This document shows positions 54,481 to 64,000 of a stretch of DNA of 64,000 nucleotides, in pieces. The stretch covers positions 57,536,001-57,600,000 of the forward strand of contig NC_043007.1 of NCBI RefSeq assembly GCF_006345805.1, in the 5' to 3' direction. Position 1 is the first letter of the stretch. Every line of letters begins with the position of its first letter. The DNA is from Octopus sinensis. Taxonomy: Eukaryota. Position numbers and translations under genes: made by a program. Below the pieces are notes generated by a model. That model saw nothing but the letters and a program-made list of their open reading frames with translations, made no database searches and was not told the DNA's origin.

Positions 54481-55339
54481 ACTAGCTCTTTTGACTCATG
54501 CTTCGCTCGGGTTTTGGTGGTGGTGTCTTTTGTGTGCATGTTGTCTCCTTTTCCCTTTCTTCTTTTATTCGTCTTCTTTGCCTGGTTCTTTTTAAATCAC
54601 AAAAAAAATCTTTCAAAATTACTTAAAATTTTGTGAAATTTGATACTATTTTCTGGTATATTTTGACGGTTCATGATGTAAATGAAAGCTAAAATTTTGA
54701 CCTTTAACACAATGCCATTTTTACCCATGTCAACCAAATAATGCAAACAGAAAAAAATTAAATCTAAAAATAGGGCAAAAATGTACTCTTTTTAAAAGTT
54801 GAAAAATTTTACCCCCATTTCCAAAATCCACCCAATTTTTACACCCACAATTAAAGATAACCGCCTCTAGTCGCTGCAGCAACACGAAAAGCCATTATTC
54901 AAACAGCGCAACCTGTCTATACCATGAAACTCAATTTTTCCCATATTCCTCACCATGGCAACCAAACGGTGGCCCCGAGCGACTTGCAGCCCTCCTCACA
55001 CCACTGCCCACCCTATTTTACCTCTTTTGGTGCCAATCCGACCCCATCTACCGCCCCTTAAACCGTTCCCATCCCAACATGAGACAAATAACCAAGAAAT
55101 CACACAACTTTTTCGCATTTCAGCTATATAGATATTAATATATATGTATTTGTGTGTCTGTGTTCTTCCCACTATCGCTTGACAACCGAAGAAATGTTTC
55201 ATAAAATTAATTTTGAACTTTCAAACTTTTCCATTAGCAGAGCGAATAAAGAATAATATAGATGAAAACTTCTGTTTTCCTATTAATAACATCTTTTACT
55301 TGGAGCACATGACCCAAAATACTTTTGTAGGGTGCGTGA

Positions 55340-55482
55340 GGTGGGGAGTTAGTTCTTCACTGGTATTTTATTTTATTCCTGGAAGAAAAGTTGACACTGG
55401 CGGGATTTCAACTCAGAACGTAAAATGTCGGAAGATATTTCACAAAGCAATTTTTCCGATGCTCTAACGATTCTGCCAGCAC
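55340..55482 (-). mobile_element. SINE family A, partial
   Basis: actggtattttattttatt...aactcagaacgtaaa...ctaacgattctgccagc. Confidence 0.7.
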
Positions 55483-57426
55483 TTCGACATTTTACATATT
55501 GGCAATGCGGAGAAAAAACAAAAATTTTAACTGATATTGAAGCAGGAGATAATATTTGTGAACTTGAGGACCATCGTATCATTGGGTTTTGAGTGCAGTT
55601 AAACAAAAGAAAATTGAAGAATTCGGCCAACCTGCTAGAAATAGCTGCTAAACGCCCCTCGAAATAAACCTTGCCGGATGAATTAGATAATTAGTTCTAC
55701 ATGCAAATTTTTGGAAACAAAATGTAGAATTGTCTTGAACGATTATATGTATGCTCGTTTGGTAGCATAGGACTTGTACGATGACAACTAGAACAGGAAG
55801 GACAACTCAATATATTTGCTAAATTTCCGAGAAATTTTCCGTAGTGTCCGTCTCTGGAATCGGATCAGATTGAATTGTAACACTTTATACGGCTTATAAT
55901 ACAGCTTACACTGTTCTAAGCGATATCCATTGTCAACCGCCACTAATTCTTCGGTGAATTAATTTAATTCAACCATAGCATTTATAACAAATTCACCCGC
56001 AAAAACACACGCATACAGGATAGGCATTAAAATACATATATGGCTCATTCAAAAAAAAAGTTAAAAACAAGAAAGAGAAAAAAAACAGCTGCTTGTCACA
56101 TTTTACTCGTTGTCAAACGGTATTGCATAATGTGTGTAAACATTATGTCAAGAAAACAACAAACAAACGAGCGATCAAGCAAACAAACAAACAAATAGAA
56201 ACACTTAAATGTTCGGCTAATGTCAGTCAGAAACCGGAAGCTGGCTTGAAACGCATGCAGATTAAAAACAAAATAAAACGGAGGCCGATTTAAGCGTTAA
56301 ATTAATGACGGGAGGCGGACATTTTGTTAAATCTTTCATCGTTAATTCTGATTTCCACAGTTTCTCTTTACAACATAACATGTTTGAAGGTTTGTAGGAG
56401 GAAGTGAGCAAATGAAAGAGGGGAAATAAATATGTAAAGCTCTCACACACGAACACACAGATATATATTCAAGCATAGACACACATACACATAGATACAC
56501 ATTCGTACACAAACACACATACGCAAAAATATACATTCATACATAAACATGCGTACAAACACAGATGTAAATTCAAGCATAGACGCATACACACACAAAG
56601 AGACTCTCGTAAGTTCACATGCACATACAGACAATAACGCACATACACATAAATATAGAAACAAAGCTGAGAAAAAAGCAATAAAAAGAAACTAGAAGAT
56701 CGACAGAATCATTTAGCTATGGATGGAAATAAATTTTACATCCCCACCTACAAGCATACACACACTAACATTACAGATACACGTACATACAACCATATAT
56801 AGAGATATGCAGAATTATATACATACGTACGCATGCAAACAAGCACACACATACAAACACCGTTATGCGCTAGTGTACATAATCGCAGATACGCACACAC
56901 ACAAACACACATAAATACACGTTACATATATAAAAAACACACACCTCTCGATCAATTTCTTTCTCTCTCATACATACGTTACACATATTTAAATACATGA
57001 TATATATATACACACGTTACATACACACTTAAAATACATACAAAGTGGGAACATATATATGCATATATATGCATATATATGCACATATATGCATACATAC
57101 ACGCATACACGCATTTTATTTTGCAATACACACACACAAATATATATATATATATGCATTAATACACAGGCATGTTTATACACATTACATGTATATACAT
57201 ACACACACCTATATATATATATGTGTGTGTGTGTAATATTTGCATACATGCTTTTATGCAATACATATATATTTACATACATATACATGCTAATATATAA
57301 TACATCCGTATATATATACATGCTGACATGTATATATATACAGATATGCAGAATAAATTGTCATGAGAAATAGTGATACATATGAAAGACTAGAAGAAGT
57401 CACCTACATTAATTGTACGGAGATTT

Positions 57427-57486
57427 AATATGGCCGATATATTAGCTGTTATTCAATATGGCCGACATATTTGCTGCTATTCAATA
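57427..57486. repeat. 28-bp tandem duplication
   Basis: aatatggccgatatattagctgttattc followed by aatatggccgacatatttgctgctattc. Confidence 0.85.
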
Positions 57487-57993
57487 AATTAAAAAAAAAC
57501 AGTTAAATCTTTTTCCCTACCTCTTTAAACCAAAGAACCAACTGCTTCCTCTCCCTTACTATAAACTGTAATTTTTGTTGAAACGACTTACTCCAGTTTA
57601 ACTATGGCAAGGATATCTAAAATGAGTTAAAGTTCTAAAGAAATACATTGAGTATATTAACGCACTCTATGCTATAAACTGTTATTGTTCTTAACTCTAC
57701 TCTGTCAGAACTAATCTGGAACAAAACAATAGCAACAACAACAACTATTTGAATTCAGTCTGGGAGTCTATTCAAACTGGTAAGAGAGCTAGTAAATCGT
57801 TTCTCGGTTTGCTCGATATTGAAGCCGCGTCTCTTAAAACAAACATCCAACCGTCTATAAAAATAAAACCGAAATGCAAAGGCACTACAGAAATGGACTA
57901 TGATGACGCTTCCACGTAGTCTGTAACTGACTTATTAAAAATAGTAGCAAAACCACGCCGTAAAAAGGAAAATACGTTAAATAGCGTAATACC

Positions 57994-58163
57994 CAAGGCC
58001 GTTTTAGTAGCATTACTTGATCCCTGGTACATCAGTGCACTGGGCCTCAAAGCAATGGCTTATTTACAGCAAGCCACATCATACATAGATTAGAATTGGG
58101 CCCCTGGACCCGTGAGGGCCTCTAGACAAATGCCCAGTGTGCTCATACTTTAAAACGGTACTA
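57994..58163. mobile_element. hAT-type MITE with 8-bp TSD
   Basis: Imperfect TIRs caaggccgtttta and taaaacggtacta. Identical gtaatacc at 57986-57993 and 58164-58171. Subterminal gggcc/tgccc motifs. Confidence 0.8.
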
Positions 58164-58689
58164 GTAATACCAGTTACAGCACGTCTACAAAAGTAAACAA
58201 TAATCGTTTCGAGAATGTCTTTGTTCATTTGTCTGTTCGATCAAGAAGGGTGATTTTCGATTAAATAACAATCATTATCACCACCATATGTTCAAAACTG
58301 TAGGGCTTTTCAATTGGATAGCTCCATGTTAGAAAAGAAAGATATACTTTCATTTGCACTCGAAGGTACATACACAAACGCAGTAGAAGATACATTTAAT
58401 ATGCTGCCCAAAGCGTGCGAACCCTGAAGCAGGTGATTGCAAAACGAACTTCTTAACCACGCAGCCATACCTGTGTCCGTGTACGTGGCAACAGACATAA
58501 ACGGACAAGATTCTCTAGTCTAAAAGCGTGAAAATAAACACGTTTATATAAATAGTTGTATGCAAGCGTGTGTTTCTATGCGTCTATCAGTGTACAGGCA
58601 AATGTCAAATTGCTATTTAATTGAGCATTTCATTAAATATAGGAACCGGCTCTTCGTTCTCTCATATTACACACATTTAAGACACACAC

Positions 58690-58814
<125 letters not shown>

Positions 58815-58948
58815 ATATATACTTATGTATGTATGTATGTATGTATGTACGTTTGTATGTATGTATGTTTGTATGTACGAGTGTGTGTGCGCGTAGTGTG
58901 ACAGCGTGCGATGTAATATACACGCACACACGCATATATATATGAGTG

Positions 58949-58986
<38 letters not shown>

Positions 58987-59103
58987 ATACTCATATATAT
59001 GCATATATACATATATATATATGTATACATACAGTTACATACACATAAATTATATATTTATATGTATATATATACGTGTGTGTGTGTGTAAATGTATGAA
59101 TGA

Positions 59104-59136
<33 letters not shown>

Positions 59137-59329
59137 TGTATGTTGTATGTATGTATGTATGTATAAATGTATGCATATATGTATGTATATATAAAGGCAT
59201 GCTGCTAGTATTCTTACACACAGACATATATGTCGGCGAGTAAATGACTGAGAACGAAAGGGAGTGGCCGCGTGAATAAGTGATTTTGTGTGTGTGTGCG
59301 TGCGAGCGTGTGTGTGTGTGTGTGTGTGT

Positions 59330-59368
<39 letters not shown>

Positions 59369-59960
59369 ATTAGGGTTACGAACGTGATGCCATTTCATAT
59401 TGGAGAGCAATATAGAATATCCGACTGCATCTGTAGTAGACTTGATGTCTGTTACTTCGCTAATTGAGAGATGTGCGTCAATCACATTACTACTGCTCAA
59501 ATGACCACTTAACCATTTGACCATTTCCACATTTCATCACTTTACATTACTGATGCCGTTGCTATCGAACCGTGAACTTTGAAATGGCTACAATGGCCGT
59601 CGCAAGTAATCAGTGTCGGGATTTACCCCCCTTTCTCTTCTGCATTACTGGACAACGCAATAATGAGGGAGCCAGTACGTAGTCACCCGACCTTTTAAAA
59701 ATAGCAGGACATTTCCCTCAATTCACTCGCAATAGTGCTAGAATAGAAGATATTGGAAAATGAAGTCAAACGATCACTGGACATATATAATTAGTACGGA
59801 ATGGTTACAGCCAGAACGCTTTTGATTCTAGACAATTCCGTTCGATCACAGCTAACCTGAGGTAAGTAACAGCGATAGAAACAATTGTCGGAGGGGGACT
59901 GAACGAGTTCATGTGTGTGTTTGAGAGAGAGAGAAGGGAGGTGAGATGAAAGAAGTGAGA

Positions 59961-59962
59961 TA

Positions 59963-60025
<63 letters not shown>
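59961..60025. repeat. (AAAG)n microsatellite
   Basis: Directly visible. Confidence 0.95.
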
Positions 60026-60027
<2 letters not shown>

Positions 60028-62063
60028 GATATTTGAATGGCAAGGAAGGCTATGAGACGATCAGCTGAAAATCACCGCTATTTTTCCTGTTTGTCTCATC
60101 GCTCCGTTGATGTCAAAACATCTCACCCACAACCATTCAGTTCACTAAGTCGTTCCCCATTGGGATTTTTTACTGCACAGGAAAGAAAACTTTGGATTGC
60201 ATTGGTATATCGTAACCACAATCGCCGTCTTATACTATACAGAATTCACGTCTTATTGTACTCGTTCGGAAGCATCAGGAAACTCTGCATAATTGCTTGA
60301 GCTGCTTGTTAGAGATAGCAGCTAAAAGTTCTTGATGTCATACCATTCCGTCTTAAGAATAAGAACATTGAATAACGTGATCCGGGAAAAATTAGACTAG
60401 ATGGCTATAGCTGGAACACCTTTGATCATAGATCAGAAATTATCTATGATTCATTAGCTGCAGTAAGAGCTAGGCGGTTGAGTCAGTATCAGTTAGCAGG
60501 GAAGTGGCTGGTTCTAATACTAACACTGATGTTGATTTGTATACTTACTCATGTCACTTTTTGGCTTTTAACGACCTGCTGCAACTTGCTGTAAATACTA
60601 GAGAATCGTGTATTTCATAACTAATGAATGTGTCATTTCCTGAATGAACTGAGATCAACTCTTTTTGTCGAGATTTATTTTGGATAAGAATTTTTTCCGT
60701 CTCGGATTTTTCTTTATATTCTATGCTTCTGCTATTGTTATTTGACTCGTGATCAGCATTGGTTGATCAGGCCTACAATAAAAATGGTTCAAGCTATGGC
60801 CTTTTTGTTTCTTTCTTCACGTATTGTATAAATAATACTATATTATTCAAGAGAATCTTATATAGTCTCAAGACTGTGAGGTTTGATTTAAAGAAGTAAC
60901 CATGTGGAGGCAACAGAGTTTTGTTTATATATATTCTACGCCATGTTTCTGTCGGTGACCAACACAAGTAACTTTTAATGGCTTGTTAATGAGACAAAAT
61001 CAATGTTCATATCTACTTTTTGCAAGTGTTGTTGAAACAAGTGATGGAAAATAAATTTATACGGAGATAGATATCAAGATTGTTGATTTAATTTAATCAG
61101 GAGTTTATCTTACACTGTGGTGTCCGTGGTGAAAGTTTAATGGCGATTTATTTCATAAAAAACAAAAAAGGCTCGGGTTTGAGGATAGAAGACGTTAAAT
61201 TGAAATTCTGGGTTGCAAACGAATGTGTGTGTGTGCGTAATTACGTGTGCGCGTGAGTGTATGCGTGTGCGCGCGCGTGCGTGTGTGTATGTATGTGTGT
61301 GTGTGTGTGTACAATGGAGAAGAGAATAGAAATGCTCATGCAGAAGTCAAAACCAAATGGCCGACTTTGCTCAATAATGTCAATATTTATTCCGCAGGTC
61401 AACCCAAGTTTCGATACAAGTAGTAAGACTGAGTCAATCAACTACAGCATTTCTCCTAATGGAATTATGGCTCTGTATCACCAAATTAAGAAAACACTAA
61501 TTATTCTTTAATTAAAACTGAGAAGTGGAGATTTGGCTTAATTGTCATCTCCTATTTACATTATTCCTGATTCCAAATACTGCTGGAGTGAACTCTGCTT
61601 TTCGTATCGAAGTGGTTAATAAAATATATATCGGTAATGCACTGCGCCAATTTATATATTTATCTGTAGTAGAGCAAGAAATAGGCTCCTCTCGAGTGAA
61701 GACAATGCCTCAGTTTCAAATCGATTTTGGTGCTAGTTCTTTTCAGTTGCACTTGCGTACGTCGTAACATCCAAACATAATACATCCCTTTACGTTCTGA
61801 GTTCAAATCCTGCCGAGGAAAACTTTACTTATCACCTGTGGAGAGCGATAAAATAAAATAACAGCCGTGCACTGGTTTCGATTGAATCCACCGCCTTCAT
61901 TGTATATAATGTTACTCGTAGAACCGAAGAGGTAAGAACAACTCTTACATTCTCTAAGTACAGTTTTGTCTACCAGGAGTTGATCCTTGGTACCTCGGCA
62001 CTTACGCTTGCAACCCTTCTGCTCAAGTGGCAGGACTCTATTTTTTTCAGATGTCCGTACTTT

Positions 62064-62095
<32 letters not shown>

Positions 62096-62131
62096 GTTGT
62101 TGTTGTTGTTGTGTTGTTGTTGTTGTTGTTG

Positions 62132-62196
<65 letters not shown>

Positions 62197-62204
62197 GTGT
62201 CCTT

Positions 62205-62778
62205 TACTCTCAGTTGACTAAATGCTTCGGAAACACAGATTAGCTCTGGTCTTATTAAGCTGTAAGATTCGAAGCAGATATTAAGATCTTTGTAAAACTA
62301 AGACCGATTAAATCGATTATTTCTCTAGAAAGTAAAAAGATTGTAATAGTTGTATTCAAACCAAATGTAGAGTATAGTTGTTTTTTTCATTTTGGAGTCA
62401 ACAATTAAATCCTATTTGTCTAAGGAGTGTTTTGTTTTCTTTGTCTAAGCTCTTTCGGCACACATCCTGTGACCTCTTTAACAACACTTTATAAAGTGTC
62501 GCTGAAGAGGTCGCAAGATGTACGTCGAAAGAGCTTAGACAAAGAAAACAAAACACTCCTTAGACAAATAGGATTTAATTGTTGACTCCAAAATGAAAAA
62601 AACAACTATACTCTACATTTGGTTTGAATACAACTATTACAATCTTTTTACTTTCTAGAGAAATAATCGATTTAATCGGTCTTAGTTTTACAAAGATCTT
62701 AATATCTGCTTCGAATCTTACAGCTTAATAAGACCAGAGCTAATCTGTGTTTCCGAAGCATTTAGTCAACTGAGAGTA
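62205..62778. mobile_element. 574-bp spacerless palindrome, Penelope-type, with hammerhead-like motif near the centre
   Basis: Centre at 62491|62492 (acacttta|taaagtgt). The outer ~253 bp of each arm is perfectly complementary. CTGAAGAG (62502)...CGAAAGAGCTTA (62526-62537). Confidence 0.85.
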
Positions 62779-62799
62779 CAAGACTTTCCTCTGAACACC

Positions 62800-62945
62800 A
62801 CTGTATCTAGCAATCATTTTCATCCGAGTGGATTGAATCATCGGTAACTTGCTCAAGGAAACAACGCACCGCTTGATTCAAGATTCGAACCCTCAACATA
62901 AAGATTGCGAGCCCAACACCCTAACCACGATGCGTTGTATCTTCG
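62800..62945 (-). mobile_element. SINE family C-like copy
   Basis: Minus strand tcgtggttagggtgttgggctcgcaat...gggttcgaatc...gtttccttgagcaag. Confidence 0.65.
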
Positions 62946-63137
62946 CTGTCTTAACTATGCAAGACCAATTATTGAGGATAATAATAAATTGACTGGATGC
63001 ACACAGATATAGTTTTGCTACGGTTTTCATCGGCCCAAGATGCCGATAAACGGTAAAAATAATAATAACATGAATAGAACCGAATTACTGTGGAGTCATA
63101 GCTTCAACTCTCTCCACCCACCATTCAGTTTATATAT

Positions 63138-63380
63138 CGACAGCACAGCTACTTCTACGTCCACACAAGTACCACACCTCCAACACAACTGTCTCTACAT
63201 CCAACACAACTACCACTACATCCAGCACAGCTACTATACCTCTAACACAACTACCTTTACCTCCAACACAGCTACCTCTACCTTGAACACTACTACCATA
63301 CCCCCAACACAACTACTACTGCATCAAGCACAGTTACTACACCTTCAACACAGCTACCATAGCTCCAGCACAACAACCAC
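63138..63380. repeat. Degenerate 20-21-bp minisatellite (ccaacaca(a/g)ctacc.ctaca/ct)
   Basis: About 11 recurrences of caca(a/g)cta at 20-21-bp spacing. Confidence 0.8.
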
Positions 63381-64000
63381 TACCTCCTCCACACCTACCA
63401 TTATTACAAAACCAAGAAAAACTCCGCCACACCTACCTCCATATTCACAATCACCATAACCATTATCATTCCAAGAATTGCTATATCTTTTCGTTACGAG
63501 ATCAGAGTACAAGAAAGGCGGAGACAATCGATATATAGGAATCATATTTTAATGACTCTGCATGAATGATTGGCAAAGTTGACTCCGGTTCTATTTGGAA
63601 TCATATCTCTAGGATTCTAAAGTAGCTATCTTAGATGTTCCTGTCAAAATCTCTGTAATTACAAGTCAGTTTTGTAATTGATTGTAAAATACTATTTGTC
63701 TGTCATACGAATCAAGCATGAACAATTTGGGGGACGAGGAATGCACGGATGTAACCATCACAACTTTTTCAACATCACAAGGGATATGTGTGGAAAAAAA
63801 ATTTGGTTCCTCTAGGAAGAGAAGTTGGATAGCGCATGCTCCTTCTTATGACTCGAAGTAGATGAAAGATGACTCGAAGAATAGAAAAAGCAGGTGTAAT
63901 AGATAAATGAAATATCTATTAAGCCTTTTAGATCCCTAAAAGTCTAGTGCTAAGTTTCAGTGCTATGATTTGAAGTAAATGAGCAGGAAACAATCCGCTG

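Noticed and set aside
63040-63459. Thr/Ser/His-rich mucin-like ORF
   Set aside because: Degenerate minisatellite with mixed 20/21-bp units that shift frame; no splice or domain support.

Overview
Eukaryotic, AT-rich, microsatellite-saturated DNA with no supportable host protein-coding exon. The repeat content looks like an octopus/cephalopod intergenic or intronic region (inference). Nearly all ORF-track entries are translations of (TA)n, (TG)n or (TAA)n. The main feature is an ~8.2-kb Penelope-like retroelement at 38914-47110. It has a Naiad-type RT (GLYRDD) and a C-terminal GIY-YIG endonuclease, ~2.2-kb inverted arms, both ends in (TA)n, and a hammerhead ribozyme motif with an unusually long stem II. 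At least seven further short Penelope-type remnants are present, as fold-back palindromes and/or minimal hammerhead motifs, mostly in (TA)n. One is a compact hammerhead with a compensatory A3-U8 core pair. Also present are a pile-up of R4/Dong-type RLE LINE fragments at (TAA)n tracts with a recurrent ~550-bp companion unit, a decayed mariner, a hAT-type MITE with an 8-bp TSD, RTE and L1/Tx1 fragments, a Helitron-like array, and many copies of three tRNA-derived SINE families. All coordinates were read by eye and may be off by a few bases.
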